DNA from: a virus
Taxonomy: Duplodnaviria > Heunggongvirae > Uroviricota > Caudoviricetes
Virus record (IMG/VR): IMGVR_UViG_2571042438_000008
Length of the DNA stretch: 47,797 bases
Direction: 5' to 3' (one strand)
Shown: positions 14,054 to 21,819 of the stretch, piece by piece
How positions within the stretch are numbered: the stretch's first letter is position 1
Layout: the number at the start of each line of letters is the position of its first letter
Translations under genes and position numbers: made by a program
Notes under the pieces: generated by a model
The model's input: only the letters and a program-made list of their open reading frames with translations
Database searches by the model: none
Told to the model about the DNA's origin: nothing

Positions 14054-14710
14054 TCATAACCAGTTGACAACACTAACTACGCGGCCAAGAACTTTATAAC
14101 GCTTAAATTCCTCGTTATTCAGATGCTTAGTGTTCATTTCAGCATCCCTTTCGGTTGACAGCATAACAGCATTGTCACCCGGTATGACTCTACAGTGCCT
14201 CAAAACAACCAGGCCATTTCTGTCTTCAAGGGCATAGATCCCCTCATGAATCTCTGTATCGTCTGTATTAATCAGGACTTGGGAGCCTGGGGATATTGTT
14301 GGTGACATTAACTCATCGTTGCTCTGGAGAACTGACAGAGACGATGGGTTGATGTTCTTGCTTCGTAGAATCTCCTGTTCTATCGCCAGCACTGGCTTTT
14401 CTCCGGCGTGCGATGCTATGTCATTTTTTATAGCTACAAGCCCAGGAATAACAGGAGCGTTAGTATTCTGGGGTGGGAACGGGTTATCTGTTAAGCACGC
14501 GATATAAGGCGCTGATGCTTTCAGGGCGTGCGCGATTTTCTTGATGGCAGGTATAGATGGTTGTCTTAATCCGGCCTCATAGTTCTGCAAGGTGCTTAAG
14601 CCTATTCCAGTGACTTGCTGGAGATCTCCGGCAGTCATGCCGGATTGTTTCCGTAGAGTCTGAATGCGCAGACCTATTTCTTTCTTGATGTTCTCGTCGT
14701 TGCTTTTCAT
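14054..14710 (-). CDS. CI-like repressor (XRE HTH + S24 LexA-like C-terminal domain, catalytic dyad apparently substituted)
   Basis: The N-terminal HTH is MTAGDLQQVTGIGLSTLQNYEAG. The C-terminus aligns by eye to the S24 fold: DELMSPTISPGSQVLIN against GDSMEPTI.dGd.vlv, and GLVVLRHCRV against ..vvKRl... The gene is divergent from a Cro-like gene across an operator-rich region. Confidence 0.85.
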   Translation of the reverse strand: MKSNDENIKKEIGLRIQTLRKQSGMTAGDLQQVTGIGLSTLQNYEAGLRQPSIPAIKKIAHALKASAPYIACLTDNPFPPQNTNAPVIPGLVAIKNDIASHAGEKPVLAIEQEILRSKNINPSSLSVLQSNDELMSPTISPGSQVLINTDDTEIHEGIYALEDRNGLVVLRHCRVIPGDNAVMLSTERDAEMNTKHLNNEEFKRYKVLGRVVSVVNWL

Positions 14711-14747
14711 GTCTCATCAATCGTGAATGGTGGGTTATTTATACATT

Positions 14748-14762
14748 ACCACATTTAGTGGT
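14748..14762. promoter_or_regulatory. Operator: perfect ACCAC-ATTTA-GTGGT
   Basis: In the cI/cro divergent intergenic region. Confidence 0.6.
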
Positions 14763-14850
14763 TTTCACATGGTAAGACGAGAGGTGGACCACAAATAGAA
14801 GGTTATTTTTTGTTTCGCCCATTGAAAAACTCACGATATGTGGTTTTAAT

Positions 14851-14865
14851 ACCACGTATCGTGGT
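14851..14865. promoter_or_regulatory. Operator: perfect ACCAC-GTATC-GTGGT
   Basis: In the cI/cro intergenic region. Degenerate relatives lie at 14788-14804 (ACCAC-AAATA-GAAGGTT) and 14830-14844 (CTCAC-GATAT-GTGGT). Confidence 0.6.
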
Positions 14866-14884
14866 TTTAACTGGAGTTCGTTAA

Positions 14885-15379
14885 ATGACCTTTCAGGAGT
14901 GGGTTGACGAAAATGGAGGCCAAATTGGTGTTGCCAGAAAGTTTTGCTTTACGTCATCACTGATTGGTGCCTGGTATCGCTTCGAGAGATTCCCTCGTGC
15001 GGATAACCTGACGCTGCTGGTGGCGTATTCGGAAGGCCGGATTAACGTCCAGCAATGGGCGGCAGATTTTGCCGAACGTCAGCGCCAGCGTAGCGATGGC
15101 ACATCGGTTCGGCAGAACAAGATCAAAGGGAATCTCCCTGTTAACTGCTTATCAAGGCTGAAAGCGGTTTTCTCTGAGCTGGGGATGCCTGCGGAGCGTT
15201 GCAATCTACGCGGTCCGCGATTCATTGCTCGCTGGAAACACTCACACGTAACCGTTTCAGAGGTTCGTGATGCGATTACCGTGCTGGAGCTTAAGAATAA
15301 AGATTCCAGCGATATCGAGCTGATTCATAAGGAGATTAGCAACGCCCGGCGTTCAGCACTTGGGAGGCTTGAGGAATGA
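14885..15379 (+). CDS. Cro/YdaS-like HTH protein with C-terminal extension (first gene of rightward operon)
   Basis: Divergent from cI. The N-terminus QEWVDENGGQIGVARKFCFTSSLIGAWYRFERFP resembles the Cro/YdaS-type HTH. Confidence 0.55.
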   Translation: MTFQEWVDENGGQIGVARKFCFTSSLIGAWYRFERFPRADNLTLLVAYSEGRINVQQWAADFAERQRQRSDGTSVRQNKIKGNLPVNCLSRLKAVFSELGMPAERCNLRGPRFIARWKHSHVTVSEVRDAITVLELKNKDSSDIELIHKEISNARRSALGRLEE

Positions 15380-15891
15380 TGATTCTGGCCTTCTTTGGTG
15401 ATAATCACCAGATTCAATCGCAGGTGGTGCACTACCTTGATCAAACGATTAAAGGATTTGTTATCGATCATATTGATAACGATAGCAAACGTCTATCTGT
15501 AGAGCAGAAAATTGGAGGTGTGCAGCGACTGGTTGCCAGCCGTAACAGACGTGACACCGTAACAGTCGTTACGGGGATTACGGAGGTCATGGAGTACCAG
15601 ATGTTGCTGCATCGTGGAGCTGTTTTCTGCGTTCTTCCTGGTATTCTGCCAGCAATTCTTGCTCGTGGTTTTGTCCCTATTGATGAGTCGTTCTTATATG
15701 TAACCCCAAGCCGTTCCCTTCTGGATACGGAGGCGAAGCGTCGCATTTATATGATGCCGGACGAGGCATTTTCTGAATGTTACCGCCGTGAAATGAGGTT
15801 GGGTAAACGAGAAGTGTCTGTTGTTCGTGATGGCAGGTTTTTAAGAAGCCGCACGGTGAAAAGCACCAGAAATGACGGGGGCCATCAATGA
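15376..15891 (+). CDS. Hypothetical protein
   Basis: 171-aa ORF with start overlapping the upstream stop (ATGATGA). Confidence 0.6.
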   Translation: MMILAFFGDNHQIQSQVVHYLDQTIKGFVIDHIDNDSKRLSVEQKIGGVQRLVASRNRRDTVTVVTGITEVMEYQMLLHRGAVFCVLPGILPAILARGFVPIDESFLYVTPSRSLLDTEAKRRIYMMPDEAFSECYRREMRLGKREVSVVRDGRFLRSRTVKSTRNDGGHQ

Positions 15892-16121
15892 GTAGTTATG
15901 TTCGCGGTGCTGCGATGCATTGCCAGAATCCCCAATTCTGGCGCTTTCTGACCAGTAAAACAGGGAAGAACGTTTCAAACAGTTCTGAGGCCTCTGTGAT
16001 TCTGCGTGAGTTTTGCGGGATCTCATCCCGTAAAGAGCTGGCAAAGAACTACGCGGCCAGAAGCATGTATGTCCAGTTAATCAACGAGTTCAACCTCTTT
16101 ATCAATGGTAAGGGGCGCTGA
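15888..16121 (+). CDS. Hypothetical protein
   Basis: 77-aa ORF with overlapping start and stop on both sides. Confidence 0.55.
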   Translation: MSSYVRGAAMHCQNPQFWRFLTSKTGKNVSNSSEASVILREFCGISSRKELAKNYAARSMYVQLINEFNLFINGKGR

Positions 16122-16525
16122 TGAACGGACGTACACCAACGAAGAAAGAGAAACTTTATATACAAGCGGTGCTCACTCACGTGGGTTGCATAGCTTGCAT
16201 TATTGATGGCCGTGAAATTGAGAATCCAGAGCTGTGGACGGAGCTACATCACGATCCTGATTACGGCAGCGTTGATGAGAATTGCCACTTCCATAGCTTT
16301 GGGTTGTGCGCACCACATCATCGCGGTGTTGTGCCTGGTGGTGGGCGTGTGCCTCCGCATATTGCCGTTCGTCACCCTCCCCTGAGTAATTGTGCTCGCT
16401 TTGTTGAGCGTTATGGCACAGATGAATTTTTGTGTGCGCAGACGTGGGAGCTGTTGCCGCAGTCAGTTAAAGACGAAATTGGGTTTGATCTTAGTCTTGG
16501 TGAAGTACCAGGGGATACCAAATGA
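16121..16525 (+). CDS. HNH-type nuclease, P1 Ref-like (recombination enhancement) family
   Basis: The Cys/His pattern GCIACI..ELHHDP..FGLCAPHHRG is as I recall it for Ref-family proteins. The gene sits in an early operon. Confidence 0.5.
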   Translation: MNGRTPTKKEKLYIQAVLTHVGCIACIIDGREIENPELWTELHHDPDYGSVDENCHFHSFGLCAPHHRGVVPGGGRVPPHIAVRHPPLSNCARFVERYGTDEFLCAQTWELLPQSVKDEIGFDLSLGEVPGDTK

Positions 16526-16854
16526 GATATACCGGCTTTCGCAAACCAGCGACAAGGAAAAGCAAATACGGCAATAAAAAAACGGTTGTCGATGATATCG
16601 CTTTTGATAGCAAAAAAGAGGCTGATTACTACTGCGAACTGAAGCTACTGAGAAAAGCTGGCCGCGTTGTGACGTTTCTTATGCAGGTGCCTTTTCATCT
16701 GCCAGGTGGTGTCGTTTATAAACTTGATTTCATGGTGTTTTATGACGATGGGACGATTGATTGTGTCGACACTAAAGGTGTGCGAACAGACGTCTACATC
16801 ATGAAGAAAAAGCAGGTAGAGGCGCTTTATCCCGTCACGATACGGGAGATCTGA
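16522..16854 (+). CDS. DUF1064-family protein (putative PD-(D/E)XK-like endonuclease/resolvase)
   Basis: KYGNKKTVVDDIAFDSKKEADYYCELKLL..KLDFMVFYDDG..DTKG matches the DUF1064 signature. Confidence 0.75.
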   Translation: MRYTGFRKPATRKSKYGNKKTVVDDIAFDSKKEADYYCELKLLRKAGRVVTFLMQVPFHLPGGVVYKLDFMVFYDDGTIDCVDTKGVRTDVYIMKKKQVEALYPVTIREI

Positions 16855-16857
16855 ACA

Positions 16858-17235
16858 GTGAGACGCGATCTGGATAGCTTGTTTGAGCTATGGGCGCTGT
16901 GGGTGCGCAATGGCTGCAACGCCCGTAGCGGTTTCGCGTCGATGTTAGAAATGATGATGGTTACGCGCTGCCAGTTTACCGGAGGGGGCGGCGCACCAAA
17001 TGACTCACTGGAAACCAGTATAGAGGGAGCGGTGACGGCCCTCACGGTAGTTGATGAGACTGCGGCGCTGGTTGTCCGAATTGAATACGGGGCGTGGGAG
17101 ATTCGGGGCCTCGACATAAATGCACCGCATATTGATAAAGCCCACGCCCTTTCTCTTAGCCTCAGACAGTATCGCCGGAAGCTGGCAAAAGCCAGGGCGT
17201 ATGTTGTCGACTATTTGAAAAAGCGAAGAGAGTAA
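16858..17235 (+). CDS. Antitermination protein Q-like
   Basis: 125 aa. The LFELWALWVRNG.. N-terminus and the ..LSLSLRQYRRKLAKARAYVVDYL C-terminus resemble the Phage_antitermQ family. It is the last gene of the early operon and is directly followed by cassette copy 2. Confidence 0.5.
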   Translation: MRRDLDSLFELWALWVRNGCNARSGFASMLEMMMVTRCQFTGGGGAPNDSLETSIEGAVTALTVVDETAALVVRIEYGAWEIRGLDINAPHIDKAHALSLSLRQYRRKLAKARAYVVDYLKKRRE

Positions 17236-17296
17236 AAGTGTCATTTTGAGCTGTTTTGATGGTGTGTAGACATCGGGAACATCGAAAATCTATAAA

Positions 17297-17398
17297 TATA
17301 TAATTATAGATTTATATAAAAAGTGCTTTACAGGTGGGAAAAAATTTCCTATGGTTATACCCGAAACCGAGCGATACCCGCCCTGGTTAAACCGGAGA
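17297..17398 (+). repeat. Promoter-leader cassette, copy 2 of 3 (102 bp)
   Basis: -35 TTTACA at 17327-17332, -10 TATGGT at 17350-17355. Identity with copy 3 continues to the ATG (AATCTGATGA). An extra inverted AT word ATCTATAA lies upstream (17288-17295). Confidence 0.85.
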
Positions 17399-17404
17399 AA
17401 TCTG

Positions 17405-18472
17405 ATGAATAAACAAGTAATTATTTCTGACTGGATCAACAACCCTAACAGCCTGTTAAGCACTGATACTGGCTACCTATTACGCCATGTTAATGGTCGT
17501 ATGGTCAAAAGCGATGAGCACGAAACCTTTTTCTTTGTTGAAGACGATGGGCGTATCTATGAGGATGGTTACTCTTATGAAGCCCAAACTGGTTGTATCC
17601 CTGCGGAGCTGGTGGACGTAACAGAAGATCTGCGCAAAGCATGGCTTGAACAGCAGCAGCGCGGAGATGATTACGTAAACACCTATCAGGAACGCCAGAA
17701 CGCGCGTCTTGCCCGATATATTGCTCGTGCAGAAAAAGCCAGAAAAGAAGGTGCGGTAGCGCATAAGCGAGCGCATGACCTGTTGGATGTGATCCCGTTA
17801 GGCCAGCCGATTTTAGTTGACCATTATAGCGCGAAAGGCCATCGCCGCCGTTTGTCTAAAGCTGATGCGTTATTCAGAAAAGCGTTTGTTGAATGCGAAA
17901 GTAAAGCATCACACTACGAGAGCAAAGCCGCAGGTGTTGGTCGTAATGGAATTTCGTCTGATGATCCTGATGCGCTATTTAAGTTGCTTCGTAAGCTGCA
18001 AGGCTGCATGAAGTCACACGTCAAAATGAAGGCCGCAAATAAGGCCATTCGCAAATACAAAAAAGACCAAATACAGCAGCTTTCTGCATTAATCGATCTC
18101 AGGTTTACAGAAAGCGAAGCCAAAGAGTTACTGGCCGGAGATTTCTGTGGGCACATCGGATTCCCTTCATACGCACTGAGCAACAATAACGCCGAAATCA
18201 AACGACTACAGAGCCGTATTAAGGAGCTTGAATCGGTCAAGTCTGTAACAGGAGCACAGCGCGAAGAATACGACGGCTTTTCTATGGAGATAGATCCAGA
18301 GGATAACCGCATCCTGTTTTATTTCCCTGGCAAACCAGAGGCAAACATTCGTTCGCTGCTTAAATCACGCGCCTTTAAGTGGAGTCCAACCCGTAATGCA
18401 TGGGTTCGCAAGATTACTCCAAACGCCCTGGCTGATGCCCGATATCTAAAAGAATCGCTATTGAAAGCCTGA
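17405..18472 (+). CDS. DUF3560-family protein
   Basis: 355 aa from ATG 17405. The block GQPILVDHYSAKGHRRRLSKAD..ISSDDPDA..MKAANKAIRKY and the C-terminal FKWSPTRNAWVR fit DUF3560, a family common in plasmid leading regions. The upstream extension MVIPETERYPPWLNRRNL is just the cassette leader. Confidence 0.7.
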   Translation: MNKQVIISDWINNPNSLLSTDTGYLLRHVNGRMVKSDEHETFFFVEDDGRIYEDGYSYEAQTGCIPAELVDVTEDLRKAWLEQQQRGDDYVNTYQERQNARLARYIARAEKARKEGAVAHKRAHDLLDVIPLGQPILVDHYSAKGHRRRLSKADALFRKAFVECESKASHYESKAAGVGRNGISSDDPDALFKLLRKLQGCMKSHVKMKAANKAIRKYKKDQIQQLSALIDLRFTESEAKELLAGDFCGHIGFPSYALSNNNAEIKRLQSRIKELESVKSVTGAQREEYDGFSMEIDPEDNRILFYFPGKPEANIRSLLKSRAFKWSPTRNAWVRKITPNALADARYLKESLLKA

Positions 18473-18503
18473 CAGTAAGCCTACGGCGGGACGTCTCCCG
18501 CCG

Positions 18504-18536
18504 TATATAGAATTATATATTTATACAAATGTATAA
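18504..18536. repeat. AT box (TATATAGAATTATATATTTATACAAATGTATAA)
   Basis: AT-box family member at an operon boundary. It is preceded by the hairpin ACGGCGGGA-CGTC-TCCCGCCGT (18484-18505). Confidence 0.6.
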
Positions 18537-18549
18537 GGACGCCTCGACA

Positions 18550-18831
18550 ATGAAACGCAAAATTATTAACCCCCAAGATGTGATTAATTTCCTGACCGAT
18601 CACCCATGTTCAAAAGTGGACGTAATCGCGGAGCACATTGGTGTGTCGCAGAACTCTATGCGTTGCAGACTGAGAAGCATGGTTGCCGAAGGACAGATAA
18701 CAACCAGGAAAATAAATGGTTGCCTGTACTACTCCGCTAAACCGGAATTGCCATTTGGCATGAATCCTAACTCCATGTTGTTTAACACCTTATTAGCCAA
18801 AGTTAAGCCGTTGAGAGGGGCTGTGGCATGA
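18550..18831 (+). CDS. Winged-helix DNA-binding protein (alternative start 18529)
   Basis: INFLTDHPCSKVDVIAEHIGVSQNSMRCRLRSMVAEGQI is a MarR/wHTH-like pattern. Confidence 0.55.
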   Translation: MKRKIINPQDVINFLTDHPCSKVDVIAEHIGVSQNSMRCRLRSMVAEGQITTRKINGCLYYSAKPELPFGMNPNSMLFNTLLAKVKPLRGAVA

Positions 18832-19193
18832 GCATCAAAACCCATACCGGAATAATCATTACCAATGATGGTGAGAAAAGAGTGAAGTTGCGCGAAACGC
18901 CGACAACCTGGTGTGTTGGTCCGAAAGAAACATATCGCAAGGAAGATGGCCGTCGTTGTGGGGCACCACTTTCCCGCCGTCGCCTCCTTTTGAGCACGAT
19001 AAAACCTATCGGGCAGGTTGAGCAACCAACGACTCCGGTAACGAAGATTTCAGACAAGAGTCTGGCAAACCTGATCGCTGATGCGGACAAGGTGCTGGAG
19101 CGGAACACCCCCGTTGCAGATGAGGAATGGTGGCAGGATTTCCGAGCCGCAATGCTAGAGCTTCAGGAACGTCGTCGGGAGGAGTTGAAGTGA
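18828..19193 (+). CDS. Hypothetical protein
   Basis: 121-aa ORF with overlapping junctions. Confidence 0.55.
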   Translation: MSIKTHTGIIITNDGEKRVKLRETPTTWCVGPKETYRKEDGRRCGAPLSRRRLLLSTIKPIGQVEQPTTPVTKISDKSLANLIADADKVLERNTPVADEEWWQDFRAAMLELQERRREELK

Positions 19194-19381
19194 GCAAGAA
19201 AAATGCCGGATGGGTCAGGCCAATGAAGGCGAATAAACATCATTATTTTAATGAAGGTGAAGTAACCAGCATTTGCGGCCGTTGGATGTATTTTGGTGAT
19301 TACCGTGAGCCAGACACTTTTGAGAGTCCTGATGATTGCGTGTCTTGTCGCCGGAAATTGAACAAGGTGGCTTCTAAATGA
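19190..19381 (+). CDS. Small Cys-containing protein (GTG start)
   Basis: GTGA overlap with the upstream stop and a GGAGGAG Shine-Dalgarno. ICGRW..CVSC suggests a zinc-ribbon-like fold. Confidence 0.45.
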   Translation: MSKKNAGWVRPMKANKHHYFNEGEVTSICGRWMYFGDYREPDTFESPDDCVSCRRKLNKVASK

Positions 19382-19989
19382 AAGAACGTGGTGTTGTTTT
19401 TAATGACGATATGGTTAGGGCCATCCTCGAAGGAAGGAAGACGCAGACTCGCCGACCTGTAAAAAATGTCAGGGCCGATAACTGCCTGGTTATCCGTAAA
19501 CCGACAAAGAAACGCAATGGTGTCTATACCCACGTTATGGATGCACTGGAACATGGTTTATGCCCGTTCGGTAACGTTGGTGATCGCATATGGGTCCGTG
19601 AAACATTCAACGCTTTTTGGCTGGATAACGATGTCATTCAGGAAATCAAAGATGGTGTCTCTCTGGCTTCTGAACTGTGTGATTACAAGGCTGATTACTC
19701 AGATAGTAGCAAGCCAGCTGAGGGCTGGACCCCGTCGATTCACATGCCGCGCTGGGCTTCGCGTATTTTGCTGGAAATTACCGACGTGCGTGTGGAGCGG
19801 CTGCATGACATGAGCGAGGCAGATGCTAAAGCAGAAGGCGCATCTCCGGTGACGTACAAGATTACACCGCCGGAAGCTGTTTATCGCGTTGGCTTTGGTG
19901 ATATCTGGCGCGGTATTTACGGGCAAGAGAACTGGCTATCTAACCCGTGGGTATGGGTAATTGAGTTTAAGCGTATTAAGGAAGCATAA
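19378..19989 (+). CDS. ASCH/PUA-like domain phage protein
   Basis: FNDDMVRAILEGRKTQTRRP..GDRIWVRE..SIHMPRWASRILLEITDVRVERLHDMSEADAKAEG is a signature I recognise from ASCH-like phage proteins. Confidence 0.55.
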   Translation: MKERGVVFNDDMVRAILEGRKTQTRRPVKNVRADNCLVIRKPTKKRNGVYTHVMDALEHGLCPFGNVGDRIWVRETFNAFWLDNDVIQEIKDGVSLASELCDYKADYSDSSKPAEGWTPSIHMPRWASRILLEITDVRVERLHDMSEADAKAEGASPVTYKITPPEAVYRVGFGDIWRGIYGQENWLSNPWVWVIEFKRIKEA

Positions 19990-19991
19990 CT

Positions 19992-20336
19992 ATGAGCAAA
20001 TCACTTAACGCACGCTGCATCCGTCGCTGGACCGTCGAATTTAAAGGCCGCTGCGACTCAAAATATAGCCCGTATTGGCGTAAGCGCGACCTGCGGGGGT
20101 ACATCCGTGAGGTTGCACTGAACACCGCGGATTGCATGGTCGAGCGTATGGCCGAGGATAATGCGATGGTAGATTTTCAGGGGGCTAATCGAGGATGGTC
20201 GCCGGAGTTCTCAGCCTGGTACCACGAACGCCGTGAACAGTATCTCAAAGAGGCGCGCGACCATCTGAACGAAGACGCCACCAATGACGAGGTTGACGAG
20301 GAGATTCAGAACGAGCTGGAGGCCTGGAATGACTAA
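19992..20336 (+). CDS. Hypothetical protein
   Basis: 114-aa ORF. Confidence 0.55.
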   Translation: MSKSLNARCIRRWTVEFKGRCDSKYSPYWRKRDLRGYIREVALNTADCMVERMAEDNAMVDFQGANRGWSPEFSAWYHERREQYLKEARDHLNEDATNDEVDEEIQNELEAWND

Positions 20337-21045
20337 CAGCACAGCAATTAACTATCAGGCACTACGTGAGATAGCAAAACAGGCAACACAAGGCGAATGG
20401 GTCGCATTTATTTCGTCGGGTACTGGTACATATGCGGTGCATACACCCGGTGATAAACGATGTGAAGACGTTATCAAATGGACCGGCTTTGACGGACAGA
20501 AAAACGCAGAGAACAACGCTCGTTATATCGCAGCTTTCAACCCAGAAGTAGTGCAGGCGTTGCTGAATGAACGGGAAGCACAAAGCAAACGCATTGCTGA
20601 ACTGGAGGCCAGTCGTGCGGCGCTGGCGGCGGAGAATGCAGGGCTTAAGGCGATATGTGATGACCGTCGCAGGTTCATCATGAATGGGGTGCAGACGGGT
20701 TATATCAAGGTGCCAACAGCGGAAACAGCTCCAGACCTTGAGACAATTCGCATTGCTATATCACCACAAAAGCCCATTCCAGCCACCGATGCTTTCCTGG
20801 CTGAAATACGTGCGGAGGCACGCAACGAGGGGATTAACTACACCGCAAGCCGTCTTGCTGCTGCGTTCAATCACGGATTTATCAATAAGTCTTTGCGTGA
20901 AGTTTTCGACGTTACACGCATGATTTTGTCAGCGAAAGAAGAGTTGGCTAATGAACCGCACCCGATTGATGGCCTGTCCGGTGAATATGCGGAGAAATCT
21001 CTTGAGGAGTGGGCGGAACAGATTCGTAAAGGAGGCGACAAGTGA
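20329..21045 (+). CDS. Ead/Ea22-like family protein
   Basis: The N-terminus ..LREIAKQATQGEWVAF..YAVHTP.., the phrase ENNARYIAAFNPEVVQALLNE and a coiled coil fit the family. ATGA overlap with the upstream gene. Confidence 0.6.
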   Translation: MTNSTAINYQALREIAKQATQGEWVAFISSGTGTYAVHTPGDKRCEDVIKWTGFDGQKNAENNARYIAAFNPEVVQALLNEREAQSKRIAELEASRAALAAENAGLKAICDDRRRFIMNGVQTGYIKVPTAETAPDLETIRIAISPQKPIPATDAFLAEIRAEARNEGINYTASRLAAAFNHGFINKSLREVFDVTRMILSAKEELANEPHPIDGLSGEYAEKSLEEWAEQIRKGGDK

Positions 21046-21233
21046 GCAATTTAGCGAGGCTACGAGCAGTATTTAGATATTCAGAGCGGGTAATGAGGCA
21101 CATACAACCGAAAACATGGCAGAAATTGGATTCTGTGGGAGTTAAGTTGGAGAAGATTACTCAACTTAAGCAGTGGAATATCGGCGAATATTATGGAAGT
21201 CCTGGTCGGGATGTTCAGTTGGTAAAAAGTTGA
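21042..21233 (+). CDS. Hypothetical protein
   Basis: 63-aa ORF with a GTGA overlap. Confidence 0.4.
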   Translation: MSNLARLRAVFRYSERVMRHIQPKTWQKLDSVGVKLEKITQLKQWNIGEYYGSPGRDVQLVKS

Positions 21234-21378
21234 ACATTGCTTTTTTATTGATCGATTAACCACGATATGAAGGTTTTTTTATGGGGAAACCTTGTTTTAG
21301 GTGGTAACTGGGTGTAGTGTTTCATTTAACGTAGTAAAACTGCGTTAAGCGATTACCGCGTAATTTGTTGCTTTATGA

Positions 21379-21410
21379 AGCCCTGCCTTTTTCGGCGGGG
21401 CTTTTTTTTT
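21379..21410 (+). terminator. Strong rho-independent terminator immediately upstream of the lysis genes (tR-prime-like)
   Basis: AGCCCTGCC-TTTTTC-GGCGGGGCT followed by T9. Confidence 0.8.
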
Positions 21411-21423
21411 AACGAGGATTTCA

Positions 21424-21819
21424 ATGTCAGCAGAACCAATTTCCGGTACGGCCGTTGCTGCTGGTGGCCTGATGGGTGCCAGCGTTTTTGGTATTGCAAC
21501 TGGTATTGATTACGGCGTTGTATTCGGGGCATTTGCTGGCGCTGTTTTCTATGTTGCTACAGCGGTGAATATTAGCCGTCTCAAGCTGATTGGCTATTTC
21601 TTTACATCGTTCATTGTTGGAGTGATTGGAGCGCCGTTAGTTGGCTCATTTCTTGCTAAATGGACCAGCTACAACGATCGTCCTCTGGATGCGCTTGGTG
21701 CGGTTATTGTGGCTGCATTGACCATTAAAATCCTCACGTTCGTAAACAGCCAGGATCTCGGTAGCATCTTTGGAATGCTTTCCCGCTTACGTGGAGGGGG
21801 TTCAAATGGTAAGCAGTGA
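21424..21819 (+). CDS. Multi-pass membrane protein, holin/antiholin candidate
   Basis: 131 aa with Gly/Ala-rich predicted TM segments. It is the first gene of the lysis cassette. Confidence 0.45.
   Translation: MSAEPISGTAVAAGGLMGASVFGIATGIDYGVVFGAFAGAVFYVATAVNISRLKLIGYFFTSFIVGVIGAPLVGSFLAKWTSYNDRPLDALGAVIVAALTIKILTFVNSQDLGSIFGMLSRLRGGGSNGKQ

Noticed and set aside
17351-17404. N-terminal extension MVIPETERYPPWLNRRNL shared by ORFs 17351.. and 24229.. in the ORF track
   Set aside because: It is the translation of the repeated promoter-leader cassette. Its ATG lies inside the predicted -10 hexamer and has no Shine-Dalgarno. In copy 1 the same frame stops (TAA 8441-8443) before the gene. The real starts are the GGAGA-preceded ATGs at 17405 and 24283.
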